Source of the DNA: Deltaproteobacteria bacterium
GTDB taxonomy: Bacteria; Myxococcota; Myxococcia; Myxococcales; 40CM-4-68-19
Assembly: GCA_005879805.1 (NCBI GenBank)
Contig: VBKL01000044.1
Location: 248 to 64,247 of the forward strand
DNA: 64,000 bases
Direction: 5' to 3'
The notes below the pieces were generated by a model. It saw only the letters and a list, made by a program, of their open reading frames with translations, was not told where the DNA came from and made no database searches. The translations under genes were made by a program, and so were the position numbers. Positions 36,144 through 44,880 of this stretch are shown here, in pieces. Position 1 is the stretch's first letter; the number at the start of each line of letters is the position of its first letter.

Positions 36144-37039
36144 CGGGTCACCTCGCGGAGGAAGGCGAGCAGTCCTTCGCGCAGGTCGGCGCGCTTCAAG
36201 GCATAGGCGATGTTCGCCTGCAGGTAGCCGAGCCGATCGCCAGCGTCGTGGCGCGTCCCGGTGAAGCGCACTCCGAGGAGGCGGCCCTGGCTCGCCAGCA
36301 CGGCGAGGGCGTCGGTGAGCTGGATCTCGCCGATGGCGCCCGGTTTCAGGTTGGCGAGCACCTCGAAGATGTCGGGCGGGAGCACGTAGCGTCCGATGAC
36401 CGCCAGGTTGGAAGGGGCGTCAGCCCGCTTCGGCTTCTCGACGATGCGATCGACGAGGATGTGCCCGTCCTCGAACGGCTTGCCCGCGCCGATGCCGTAG
36501 AGGTGGACCTGCGACTCGGGCACCGGCATCAGGGCAACGGCGGCCTTGCCCGTCTTCTGGCACAGTCGCGCGAGCTGGCCGATGGCGGGATCGTCGCCGT
36601 CCACCACGTCGTCGCCGAGCATCACGCCGAACCACTCGTTGCCGACCGCATGACGGGCGGCGAGAACCGCGTGGCCGAGGCCGAGCGGCTCCTTCTGCCG
36701 CACGCTGATGATCCGGACCGAGTCGCTGATGCGCCGCACCTGCTCGAAAAGATCCTTCTTCCCCTTGTTGCGCAGCTCCGTCTCCAGCTCGTAGGAGCGG
36801 TCGAAGTGGTCCTCGATGGCGCCCTTGCCGCGGCCATTGACGACCACCACCTCCTGCGCTCCGGCGCGGAGCGCCTCTTCCACGATGAGCTGGATGGTCG
36901 GGGTATCGACGATGGGCAGCATCTCCTTGGGCACCGCCTTGGTGGCCGGCAGGAAGCGCGTGCCCAGGCCGGCGGCGGGGATGACGACCTTGCGCAACGG
37001 TTGGTTCACGGGCACCTCGCGGGGCGCGAAAGGTAGCAT
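36140..37039 (-). CDS. galU: UTP--glucose-1-phosphate uridylyltransferase
   Basis: ORF 36140..37039. 'VIPAAGLGTRFLPATKAVPKEMLPIVD' and 'GLGHAVL'. Confidence 0.92.
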   Translation of the reverse strand: MLPFAPREVPVNQPLRKVVIPAAGLGTRFLPATKAVPKEMLPIVDTPTIQLIVEEALRAGAQEVVVVNGRGKGAIEDHFDRSYELETELRNKGKKDLFEQVRRISDSVRIISVRQKEPLGLGHAVLAARHAVGNEWFGVMLGDDVVDGDDPAIGQLARLCQKTGKAAVALMPVPESQVHLYGIGAGKPFEDGHILVDRIVEKPKRADAPSNLAVIGRYVLPPDIFEVLANLKPGAIGEIQLTDALAVLASQGRLLGVRFTGTRHDAGDRLGYLQANIAYALKRADLREGLLAFLREVTR

Positions 37040-37093
37040 CGAATCGGCCAGAAAACCGGCGGAACGCGCGAAGTTCGCCTATGCTTCGATTGT

Positions 37094-37142
37094 ATGCTCC
37101 GCGCCTTCGCGCTCCGCCCGTCGCGGGCAAAGCCCGCTCCTC
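37094..37142 (-). repeat. REP-like two-hairpin element, copy C1 (inverted orientation)
   Basis: 'atgctccgcgccttcgcgctccgcccgtcgcgggcaaagcccgctcctc' is the reverse complement of the A/B consensus. Hairpin 2 is changed to gcgc-cttc-gcgc. Confidence 0.8.
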
Positions 37143-37146
37143 TCCA

Positions 37147-37196
37147 ATGCTCCGCGCCAGTGGCGCTCCGCCCGTCGCGGGCAAAGCCCGCTCCTC
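37147..37196 (-). repeat. REP-like two-hairpin element, copy C2 (tandem to C1)
   Basis: 'atgctccgcgccagtggcgctccgcccgtcgcgggcaaagcccgctcctc'. Hairpin 2 is gcgcc-agt-ggcgc. It ends 4 nt before ATG 37201. Confidence 0.8.
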
Positions 37197-37200
37197 CGTA

Positions 37201-38061
37201 ATGCGCGCGATCCCGCTCGTCGTCCTCGCGTGCGCCTTCGCTGCCCGCGCGCAGAACAAGGCCACCGACCCGGGAGCTCCCTGGCCGGTGTCGGTCGATC
37301 TCCCGCGCGCGACCTCGATGGGCGGGGCGCACGCGGCGATCGCCACCTCGAACGACGCACTCACGGTGAACCCGGCGGGCCTCGCCCAGCTACGCCGCTA
37401 TCACCTCGAGGTGGACGGGCTCACCGACCCGCGCTTTCCCGCCCAGGCGCTGATGGTGAGCATCGTCGATTCCATGAGCTCGCCGGTGGCTACGGGGCTG
37501 CTCTTCTCACGATGGGGCAGCGGGCAGCCCGGAGGGCGTGGCGAGGGATGGTACGGCGGCCTCGCTTACTCGTACGGAATCGGCTCGACCTACCTCGGAG
37601 GCATGACGAAGTACTACCGATTCGCGACACCCGACGGCGAGGCGCATCGTTTCGCGCAGGACTTCGGGCTCCTCTCCAAGCGAGGGAACTTCGGGTACGC
37701 GCTGGTCGTACAGAACATCTCGACGAGCTCGATCCCTGCCTTCCCCATCACCGCCGCGGCGGCGATCGCCTGGGGGAACGACACCGACTGGCACATCTCC
37801 TTCGACTACAAGGCGGACCTCTCCGACACGAAGAACGTGAAGAGCAAGATCGCGGGAGGCGGAGAATTGCTCATCGAGCAGGTGATGGCGCTCCGCTCGG
37901 GCGCGACCTTCGATGCGACCCGCGAGCTGTGGTGGATCTCGGCGGGGGTAGCCCTCCTCACCGAGCGGGGCGGCGTGCAGATCGTCTGGCGCCGGCGGGT
38001 CGCGGGGGCGCCTGGATTCGATCAGTTCTTCGAAGGCGGCATCACGCTGTACCTGGAGTGA
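37201..38061 (+). CDS. Putative outer-membrane beta-barrel protein
   Basis: Inside ORF 37081..38061 starting at MRAIPLVVLACAFAARA (ATG 37201). The upstream 40 codons are just the translated REP copies. The sequence is beta-strand-like and ends '...GGITLYLE'. Confidence 0.65.
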   Translation: MRAIPLVVLACAFAARAQNKATDPGAPWPVSVDLPRATSMGGAHAAIATSNDALTVNPAGLAQLRRYHLEVDGLTDPRFPAQALMVSIVDSMSSPVATGLLFSRWGSGQPGGRGEGWYGGLAYSYGIGSTYLGGMTKYYRFATPDGEAHRFAQDFGLLSKRGNFGYALVVQNISTSSIPAFPITAAAAIAWGNDTDWHISFDYKADLSDTKNVKSKIAGGGELLIEQVMALRSGATFDATRELWWISAGVALLTERGGVQIVWRRRVAGAPGFDQFFEGGITLYLE

Positions 38062-38842
38062 TCTTCACGGTGACGAGCGGCCGCCCGCTGCGGGGATGGG
38101 CGAAGACGTCGAGGCGCGCGCGGTAGACGCGCTCGAGGATCTCCGCGCGGAGGACTTCCGCGGGCGTTCCCGCTGCCGCGATCTTGCCCTGGTCGAGGAG
38201 CACCACGCGGTCGCAGGCGGATCCGGCGAGCGACAGATCGTGCATCACGAGGAGCGCGCAGCCGCCTCGGCGCGCGCGGTCGCGCAGCGCCTCGACGAGC
38301 TGCGCCTGGTGGCGGAGGTCGAGCGCGTCGGTCGGTTCGTCCAGCACCAGGATCGGCGCTCCCTGCGCGAAGGTGCGCGCCAGGTAGACGCGTTTGCGCT
38401 CGCCCCCGGAGAGTTGGGAGACGGGACGATCGGAAAGGTGCGCGGCGTCGAGCTCCTCGAGGGCGGCCTGGGCCTGTGCGCGGTCGCTCTCTCCTTCGAG
38501 CGCCCAGAGCCCGAGGTGCGGCGCCCGGCCCATGAGCGCGATTTCACGGGCGGTGAAGGGGAGATCGCCGGGCTCGTCCTGGGCGAGGAAGGCCACCCGC
38601 CGCGCCCTCTCGCGGCGGGAAAGCTCGCGGGCGTCGGTTCCCGCAAGGCGCACCAGGCCCGAGGAGGGAACGAGGAGCATCGCGGCGATGCGCGCAAGAG
38701 TGCTCTTGCCGGCGGCGTTGGGCCCGACGACGCCCACGATCTCCCCCGGGTCCATTCGCAGCCTCGCGCCCGAGACCGCATCGCCCGACGCGCCGGGATG
38801 TCGGAAGTGCACCTCCGCGAGCTCCAGGGCGGGATCGCTCAC
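38042..38842 (-). CDS. btuD: ABC transporter ATP-binding protein (FecE/BtuD type)
   Basis: ORF 38042..38842. Walker A 'GPNAAGKST', signature 'LSGGERKR', Walker B 'ILVLDEP'. Symbol inferred from the upstream B12 riboswitch. Confidence 0.8.
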   Translation of the reverse strand: MSDPALELAEVHFRHPGASGDAVSGARLRMDPGEIVGVVGPNAAGKSTLARIAAMLLVPSSGLVRLAGTDARELSRRERARRVAFLAQDEPGDLPFTAREIALMGRAPHLGLWALEGESDRAQAQAALEELDAAHLSDRPVSQLSGGERKRVYLARTFAQGAPILVLDEPTDALDLRHQAQLVEALRDRARRGGCALLVMHDLSLAGSACDRVVLLDQGKIAAAGTPAEVLRAEILERVYRARLDVFAHPRSGRPLVTVKITPGTA

Positions 38843-39861
38843 GCCCGCCTCCGCAAGAGGAAGACGAAGAGCGGCGCACCGACCACGGCGGTGACGGCGC
38901 CCACGGGAGGCTCGGCTCCGAGACCGCGGAAGAGCAGCCGCGCGGCGGCGTCGGCAAGGACGAGGAAGGCGGCGCCGCCCACCGCGGAGGCAGGCAAGAC
39001 GACGCGATGGTCGGGGCCGACGAAGAGTCGCACGGCATGTGGCACGACGAGCCCGACGAAGCCGACCAGCCCGGTCAGCGCGACGGCGGCTCCCACCGCC
39101 GCGCTCGAGGCGATGAAACAGATGAGGCGGGTCGCCTCGACGTCGATTCCGAGGGCAGCTGCACCTTCCTCGCCGAGAGCGAGCAGGTTGAGGCGTCCGG
39201 CGAGCGCCGTGAGCACCAGCGCGGGAAGGAGCACGGAGACCGCCGCCGCCGAGAGCACGGGGCCCGTCTCGTAGCCGAGCGTGCCGGAGAGCCAGAGCAG
39301 CACTGCCTGGGTCTTCTCCGGCGCCAGGATGGCTTCGAGGGAAAGGACGAGCGCCGAGGCGAAGGAGTTGAAGACGACCCCGACGAGGAGCGCCCGTTCG
39401 GGGCGGAGTTGCCCGCGAGACCGCCCGAGCGCGACGACGAGCAGCGCGGCGGCGAGCGCGCCGAGCACGGCGGAAAGCTGCGCGGGAAGAAGGCCGGCCC
39501 AGCTGGCGGCGGCGACCGTCGCGGTCCCCACCACGGTTCCGCCGGCGGCGACCGCGAGGGCGGCCCCGATCGCCGCGCCTCCGGAAAGACCGAAGACGAA
39601 CGGGTCGGCCAGGGGATTGCGTAGCAGGGCCTGCAGCGTCGCCCCCGCGATGGAGAGCGCCGCTCCCACCTCGGCGGCGAGGAGCACGCGCGGAAGGCGC
39701 AGCCGGAACACCAGTGTCGCGTCGGGCTCCACGCCGCGCAGCGCGTTCGCGATGGAGGCGTTGCCGGCGCCGAGCGAGAGCCCCGCCAAAGCCGCAAGCA
39801 CGAGCAGCGGCACGAGAACGGCGAGGGCGAGCGCCGCGCGCGCCGCGGCCGATCGTGTCAC
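38839..39861 (-). CDS. btuC: FecCD-family ABC permease
   Basis: ORF 38839..39861. About 9-10 hydrophobic segments and a 'GAPLFVFLLRR' C-terminus. GTGA overlaps at both ends. Confidence 0.8.
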   Translation of the reverse strand: MTRSAAARAALALAVLVPLLVLAALAGLSLGAGNASIANALRGVEPDATLVFRLRLPRVLLAAEVGAALSIAGATLQALLRNPLADPFVFGLSGGAAIGAALAVAAGGTVVGTATVAAASWAGLLPAQLSAVLGALAAALLVVALGRSRGQLRPERALLVGVVFNSFASALVLSLEAILAPEKTQAVLLWLSGTLGYETGPVLSAAAVSVLLPALVLTALAGRLNLLALGEEGAAALGIDVEATRLICFIASSAAVGAAVALTGLVGFVGLVVPHAVRLFVGPDHRVVLPASAVGGAAFLVLADAAARLLFRGLGAEPPVGAVTAVVGAPLFVFLLRRRA

Positions 39862-40694
39862 GGGACGCGCGGCCCCGCGCTACGTACTGCCACTTCCAGA
39901 TCGTCGAGCGCCTCGACCAGGCGCGGACCGGGATGGAGCAGCGCCTGCGAGCGCAGAGGCGCGACCGGCACCCGGTCGAGGCCGGGCACGACGGGGCGAC
40001 CCTTGGGTGGGTCGACGCCGGCGAGGACGAGCACGTCGGGCGCGGCCTGCACCGCCGCCTCCACCGAGAGCCGGGCGAACGGCCGGGTCAGTTCCTGGGC
40101 TGCATTCTCGATCCCGAGATCGGCGAGGAGCTGCCCCGGATATCCGTAGGGACCGGCGACGACCAGGGGATCGATGCCGAAGATGAGCAGCGCCCGCACG
40201 TGCTTGTGCGCAGCGGCGGCCTTGCGAGCGCGGACCCGCCGCTCCTCGATCGCGGCCACCTTGGAGTCTCCCTCGCCGCCCTTTCCGAGAAGGCGCCCGA
40301 CGCCGCGGATGGCCCCTTCGATCTGCTCGACGGTGCCGAGCGTGAACGCCTCGATGGGCACGCCGAGCCGCGCGAGCGCCTCGACTGGGCCGCGGTTCTC
40401 CGGGCCGGTCTGCGCCAGGACGAGGTCGGGATGGAGCCCGAGAACGGTCTCGGGCTCCGGATCGTTGAAGCCGCCGACGCGCGGGAGGGCCTGCACGCGT
40501 GGGTCCTCGTCGAAGCGGGTGACGCCCACCAGGCGATCGCGAGCGTCGAGGGCGAGGACGAGCTCGGTGAGCGACGGCGCCAGGGTGACGATGCGGTGGA
40601 CCTCGGCGGGAACCGGAGGGCCAAGGTGCTGCCGGTCGACTGCGATCGCCGCATGTGCCAGCGCGACGGCGAGGACGAGGATCCGCGCCGTCAC
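39858..40694 (-). CDS. btuF: Periplasmic substrate-binding protein (BtuF/FhuD-like, cluster A)
   Basis: 3' part of ORF 39858..41501 starting at a GTG (VTARILVLAVALAHA). 'IVTLAPSLTELVLAL' and 'DLVL' are typical of this class. GTGA overlaps at both ends. Confidence 0.7.
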   Translation of the reverse strand: MTARILVLAVALAHAAIAVDRQHLGPPVPAEVHRIVTLAPSLTELVLALDARDRLVGVTRFDEDPRVQALPRVGGFNDPEPETVLGLHPDLVLAQTGPENRGPVEALARLGVPIEAFTLGTVEQIEGAIRGVGRLLGKGGEGDSKVAAIEERRVRARKAAAAHKHVRALLIFGIDPLVVAGPYGYPGQLLADLGIENAAQELTRPFARLSVEAAVQAAPDVLVLAGVDPPKGRPVVPGLDRVPVAPLRSQALLHPGPRLVEALDDLEVAVRSAGPRVP

Positions 40695-41812
40695 TGGACC
40701 GCTGTGAGCTTGCGCGAGACCACGTCGCTCGTCGCGTAGTTCACGACCACCACCTGGTCGTCGTCGATCGGCTCGAGATTGAAGGGGCTCGTGCCATCGC
40801 CCGTGTTGGCCTCCGCCACCACTTTCGGCCCTCCTGATGCACCGAGGTCGATCTTCTGCACGGTGTTGCTTCCGGAGGCGACGGTGAAGAGGAACTGATC
40901 GCGCGCTTTCACGTCCTGCAGGGTGGAGGTCGGGCTCTTGAAGGTCAAGCCGACCTGCGAGGACATCGGGTTCCCGAGGTTGACGAGGGAGAGCGTGTTT
41001 TCGAGCGAGTTGACGATGGCGATTCGCCCGTCGGAGGTAGCGACGAACTGGGTGGGGCTCGCGCCGACCGACGCTTGTCCCTTGCTGGCTCCGGTCGCGG
41101 CGTCGAAGCGCCCGAGGATTCCCGCCGTGCTCGTGGCGCAGAGGGCGTAGAGGTCGCCTCCGACGATGCCGACGTACGGGACATAGGGGAACTGTCCTTC
41201 GGTGGGGCACTTCGCGGGAATGGGCGGATGGGCCGCGTCGGCGCCGTCGACGGGCGCGAAGGTGGCGCGGTCGAAGCTGAGCAGCTGCGGAGTGAGGGAG
41301 TCGCCGATCCAGATCCTGGTCGCGGTCAGCGCGACACCGCTCGGCACGGTGCCTTGCGGAATCGCGGCGCGCCGGCTGACCGTGCGGGTCCCGGGATCCA
41401 CTTCGACGAGGGCCCGGCTCGGATCCGTTCCGTCGAACGAGGCGGCGCACACAACGTAGATCTTGCCAGAGTCCGCGCGCACGACGCCCGGGTTCTTGCA
41501 CTGCTGCCCGTCCGCTCCGCCGAGGTCGATGAGGTTGACCGTTCCCGTGGTCGGATCGATGGCGGCGAGAAAGCCCGGTCCAGCGGTGACCGGGAATCCA
41601 CCCGCGAGGCGTGCGTTGGTGAGACCCGCATAGACGATCCCGTTGAGCTGCGCCGTGTAGTTCGGGCGCGCCTCTCCGGGCTGACCCGGATCGTACGGTT
41701 TGAGGGCCGCTCCGGTGGGAAGAGCGATGTGGGGTTGCGCGGGCGGAGCGTGGAAGGTGGAGCTTCCGCAGGCGGCGGTGACGGCGAAGCAGGCGGCGAT
41801 GAAGCGTTTCAC
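40691..41812 (-). CDS. Lipoprotein of unknown function with beta-propeller-like short repeats, in B12 uptake operon
   Basis: Inside ORF 40691..41935 starting at GTG 41812 (VKRFIAACFAVTAAC lipobox). Recurrent strand motifs: 'IYVVCAAS', 'LYALCATS', 'IAIVNSLEN', 'LFTVASGSN' and 'VVVVNYATS'. Confidence 0.65.
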   Translation of the reverse strand: MKRFIAACFAVTAACGSSTFHAPPAQPHIALPTGAALKPYDPGQPGEARPNYTAQLNGIVYAGLTNARLAGGFPVTAGPGFLAAIDPTTGTVNLIDLGGADGQQCKNPGVVRADSGKIYVVCAASFDGTDPSRALVEVDPGTRTVSRRAAIPQGTVPSGVALTATRIWIGDSLTPQLLSFDRATFAPVDGADAAHPPIPAKCPTEGQFPYVPYVGIVGGDLYALCATSTAGILGRFDAATGASKGQASVGASPTQFVATSDGRIAIVNSLENTLSLVNLGNPMSSQVGLTFKSPTSTLQDVKARDQFLFTVASGSNTVQKIDLGASGGPKVVAEANTGDGTSPFNLEPIDDDQVVVVNYATSDVVSRKLTAVQ

Positions 41813-41823
41813 GGCGTCTCCTT

Positions 41824-43809
41824 TCACAAGCGCACCCGGACGATCGCGGCGAGCGAGAGACCGGGCAGCGGGTACTGGAAGAGGTCTTGGAGCCTGCGGT
41901 CGTCGAGGAGGTTCTTGGCCTCGACGTCGAGCCATACGGGGCCCGCGAGGCGCGCGCCGGCTCCGGCGTTGATGAGCAATTGCGAGGGCAGAAAAGCGGT
42001 ATCGAACTGGTTGCGCGGCATCGAGGCAGTGAAGTTCGCCTCGGCGTAGGCCTCCGTGCGGTCTCCGCGGTGGGCGGCGCGCACGAAGAGGCGGTGCGGC
42101 GGCCGGTAGGAGAGCGTATGGCCTTCGAGCCGGCCGGGCCGGAGGTTCTCGGCGGAGAGGAAGCTGTAGGCCGCTTCGGCGGTGAAGCCGTAGGGCAGCG
42201 CGGCGACGGCCTGTAGCTCGATCCCTGCGATGCGGGCGGCGCCGACGTTGAAGGGCTTGACGGCCAGCGGGGGGAACTGCTCGTAGACGATCAAGTCGCG
42301 GTAGCGGGACCAGAATGCGCCGGCGCGGACGGTGAGCGCCCGGGCTCGCCAGCCGAGTCCCGCGTCGAACGAGAAGGCGTGCTCCGGAGTTAGATCCGGA
42401 TTGGGGGCAAGACCGCCCTGGCGAAGGTACAGCTCGCTGAAGGTCGGCGAGCGGAAGGAAAGTCCTGCTCCGGCGCGCAGCTCCAAGGGTGCGAGGGCAC
42501 CGTTCGTGAACGGGCTCGCGCTGGCGGCGATCGCGGGACTCGCTCCGAGCTGCTTGCCGACCGCGTCGAACCGTACGGCCGGATGCAACGAGACGATCCC
42601 GATCTCGATGTCGTCCGCCAGGGACGCGGAGACGATGGCCCGCCGGCGGCGTCCCGACTCGGTCCCCGAGATGAAATCGCCTCCGGCCGCGATCCCGCTG
42701 CGCAACCAGTGCGCGCTTCCGACCGGAACACCGCCCTCGGCCTCGAGCCGCAGCGCGGACGAGCTTTGCGGGATCCGCGGGCAGTCCGCGGTGCCGTCGG
42801 TGCAGCTCCCGAGAGCGGAGGCGCCTCGAAGCTCTACGCCGTCGCTACGGCCCCAGGCGCGCATCGCGTACACGGCGCTCCCTTCGACCCCCTTGAGCCG
42901 CACGCCGGCGAGCCCGGAGGCGTCGAGCTCGCGCGACAGCGGCGTGATGCTCGCCTCGGGGCCGGGGAGACCGCGAGAGCCCATCGAGCCTTGCAGGAGG
43001 AGATCGATCTCGCTCGCGGGCGAGATCCGCTGCGCGACACGTGCGAGGGCCGAGACGCGGCGCGCGTCCGCGTTCGCGCGCTGCTGATCGAACCAGGGCG
43101 CGTTGTCGATCTCGGGCGTGAGCTGGCGCTGGTAGGTGAAATCGCCCGCCGTCCGATCCACCTGCACTGCCGCGACGGCACCGGTTCCGTCGCGGAGCGC
43201 GCCGGCGGCGTCGGCGGCCAGCCCGAACGAGCCGAAGGAGCCGGCGGTCAGCGTCGCTCCGCCGCGGAACGCGTCGTTGCCGGGCGCTCGCGGCACGAGC
43301 TCCGCCGCTCCGCCCAGGGCCCCGGCGCCGAACTGCGCGCCGAGGACGCCCCGGCTGATGATGACGCGATCGAGCAGCGTCGCCGGAAGCGTCGCGAGAT
43401 CGACGGCGCTTCCGCCGGGACCCTGCAAGGGGATCCCGTCGAGCAGGACCGCGGACTGGTCGGCGCTAGCTCCGCGCAGAGAGAGCGTCGCCGCCTGGCC
43501 CGGTCCGCCGAGCGCGTGCACAGAGACGCCCGGCGAGGTTGCGAGCAGCTCCGCGACGGAGCGGACCTCGCCTGCGAACCGGTTGGCCTCTACGACGGTG
43601 GTTTCGGAGCCCGGAGCTCGCAGCGAGCCGTGCGGCCGCTCCGCTACGATTTCCACCTCGGGGAGCTCGGTACGGGCCGGGCCCTCGTCCGTGCGCGCCG
43701 CGGCATCTTGCGCGCGCGCGGGAACCGAAACGGCCGCGACCAGCGCGACGGCGAAGATTCCACGGCGGCAACGATGAACGCGCCACGGTGTGGCGCAGGC
43801 GGGCGGCAC
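41824..43809 (-). CDS. btuB: TonB-dependent outer-membrane receptor (BtuB-like)
   Basis: ORF 41824..43809. Signal peptide '...AVSVPARA'. Plug-domain motifs 'TTVVEANRF', 'LSLRGASADQSAVLLDGIPL' and 'DRVIISRG'. Long beta-barrel. Cobalamin riboswitch directly upstream. Confidence 0.85.
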   Translation of the reverse strand: MPPACATPWRVHRCRRGIFAVALVAAVSVPARAQDAAARTDEGPARTELPEVEIVAERPHGSLRAPGSETTVVEANRFAGEVRSVAELLATSPGVSVHALGGPGQAATLSLRGASADQSAVLLDGIPLQGPGGSAVDLATLPATLLDRVIISRGVLGAQFGAGALGGAAELVPRAPGNDAFRGGATLTAGSFGSFGLAADAAGALRDGTGAVAAVQVDRTAGDFTYQRQLTPEIDNAPWFDQQRANADARRVSALARVAQRISPASEIDLLLQGSMGSRGLPGPEASITPLSRELDASGLAGVRLKGVEGSAVYAMRAWGRSDGVELRGASALGSCTDGTADCPRIPQSSSALRLEAEGGVPVGSAHWLRSGIAAGGDFISGTESGRRRRAIVSASLADDIEIGIVSLHPAVRFDAVGKQLGASPAIAASASPFTNGALAPLELRAGAGLSFRSPTFSELYLRQGGLAPNPDLTPEHAFSFDAGLGWRARALTVRAGAFWSRYRDLIVYEQFPPLAVKPFNVGAARIAGIELQAVAALPYGFTAEAAYSFLSAENLRPGRLEGHTLSYRPPHRLFVRAAHRGDRTEAYAEANFTASMPRNQFDTAFLPSQLLINAGAGARLAGPVWLDVEAKNLLDDRRLQDLFQYPLPGLSLAAIVRVRL

Positions 43810-43845
43810 GGCTCTCCCTCTTTCTCTCGAAGAGGTGAATCGCTA

Positions 43846-44040
43846 TGTCGCCGCCAGGCAGGTCTCCTGGCTCCCGGGTCTGCCGCGAGCACGTCGCGGC
43901 CCGCCGTCCCGCCTTCCCCGGCTATATGCCGAGTGGCTTCTGGGACTGGCTGCCCGGCTACAGTGGCGGGACCGCGCCGGCTTTCGACCGGCTTCCCTCG
44001 AAGGCCCTTTCGGGCGCCACGGCGGCGGGAACTACGCTTC
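43846..44040 (-). promoter_or_regulatory. Cobalamin (B12) riboswitch
   Basis: Minus strand reads 'gagggaagccggtcgaaagccggcgcggtcccgccactgtagccggg ... gccactcggcatatagccggggaaggcggg ... gagccaggagacctgcc'. The B12 box corresponds to forward 43857-43872. Downstream, 'cctctt-cgagaga-aagagg' (43817-43835) can sequester the SD before GTG 43809. Boundaries approximate. Confidence 0.85.
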
Positions 44041-44073
44041 GACGCGTGAAGTACGCCGCCGCGGGCTTTGCGG

Positions 44074-44421
44074 TCAAGGTCCAGCAGGCCGCAGCGTGGT
44101 CTCCCCTTCCACGGACAGATGCGTGCGGTTCTTCTGCACGACCGTCTTCATCCGTTTCATGCGGGCAAGCTCGTCGAGGCTCGAGAACGGCCGTTTCGCG
44201 CGTCGCTCCACGATGGCGTGGGCGCGCCCGCGCCCGATTCCGGGCAACAGGCGCAACTCCGCTTCGCTCGCGCGATTCACGTTGACGACGCCGGCCATCT
44301 TCGCCTTGGGAGGCTTCTTCTCGCGCGGGATCCTCGCGCTCGCTGCGGCGGCGGACGGCAGGGCGGGTGTAGCCGCCGTCGCTGCGCCGGCGAGGAGCGC
44401 GAACAGGACAGGGATGTGCAT
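44074..44421 (-). CDS. ComEA-like helix-hairpin-helix DNA-binding protein
   Basis: 3' part of ORF 44074..44820 starting at MHIPVLFALLAG (ATG 44421). 'VNVNRASEAELRLLPGIGRGRAHAIVERR...FSSLDEL'. Confidence 0.75.
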   Translation of the reverse strand: MHIPVLFALLAGAATAATPALPSAAAASARIPREKKPPKAKMAGVVNVNRASEAELRLLPGIGRGRAHAIVERRAKRPFSSLDELARMKRMKTVVQKNRTHLSVEGETTLRPAGP

Positions 44422-44423
44422 CG

Positions 44424-44765
44424 TCAGGCTTCCTTGCGCGCGGCCGTGTCGGCGCCCTGCTCGGCGGCGACGGCGAGAGCGCCCGGCTGCGCGGAGCGGC
44501 GCACGTCCTTGATGGGCTCGCGGATGTTGACCTTCCCGTCGATGGGGATCGCCTCGAGCAAGAGGCTGATCGACCCGTCGCGGTTGAGCCAGGCCGTGCC
44601 GATCCGGCTCCAGACCCGGCCCTTCATTCCGGGTCGGTTGGTGATGTGGTACGCGATCCAGGGCTTCTTCCAGTCGCCGTCCGCGCCCGGTCCCACCGGC
44701 TGCATGTGCATCACCTTCGCGTCCGCGCTCTCCATTCCGACCTCCGAGAAGGACCACCGCGCCAT
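44424..44765 (-). CDS. Hypothetical small protein
   Basis: ORF 44424..44765, GC3-rich, ending 2 nt before the ComEA-like start. '...WSRIGTAWLNRDGSISLLLEAIPIDGKVNIREP'. No family recognised. Confidence 0.5.
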   Translation of the reverse strand: MARWSFSEVGMESADAKVMHMQPVGPGADGDWKKPWIAYHITNRPGMKGRVWSRIGTAWLNRDGSISLLLEAIPIDGKVNIREPIKDVRRSAQPGALAVAAEQGADTAARKEA

Positions 44766-44852
44766 TGCGGGGGACGGAGGGCGAGGAGCACGCGCCGTGC
44801 CACCGCGCGTGCTCTCGCAAGAGCGGGAACGAAGCCCGTTCCAGAATGGGAG

Positions 44853-44873
44853 GGGGTCCCGAATCGGGACCCC
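44853..44873 (-). terminator. Stem-loop downstream of the DUF3467 gene (candidate terminator)
   Basis: 'ggggtcccg-aat-cgggacccc', a 9-bp perfect stem located 8 nt after the stop at 44881. Only a weak T-run follows on the minus strand. Confidence 0.4.
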
Positions 44874-44880
44874 GCGGCCT

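Noticed and set aside
37094-37196. Direct repeats that might be a mini CRISPR array.
   Set aside because: There are only two copies separated by 4 nt, with no spacers and no cas genes. The same element occurs singly at three other intergenic sites.
37081-37200. Repeated peptide 'APPVAGKARSS' at the N-terminus of ORF 37081..38061, suggesting a repeat-containing leader.
   Set aside because: The repeat is the translated tandem REP-like DNA element. A canonical signal peptide starts at ATG 37201 immediately after it.
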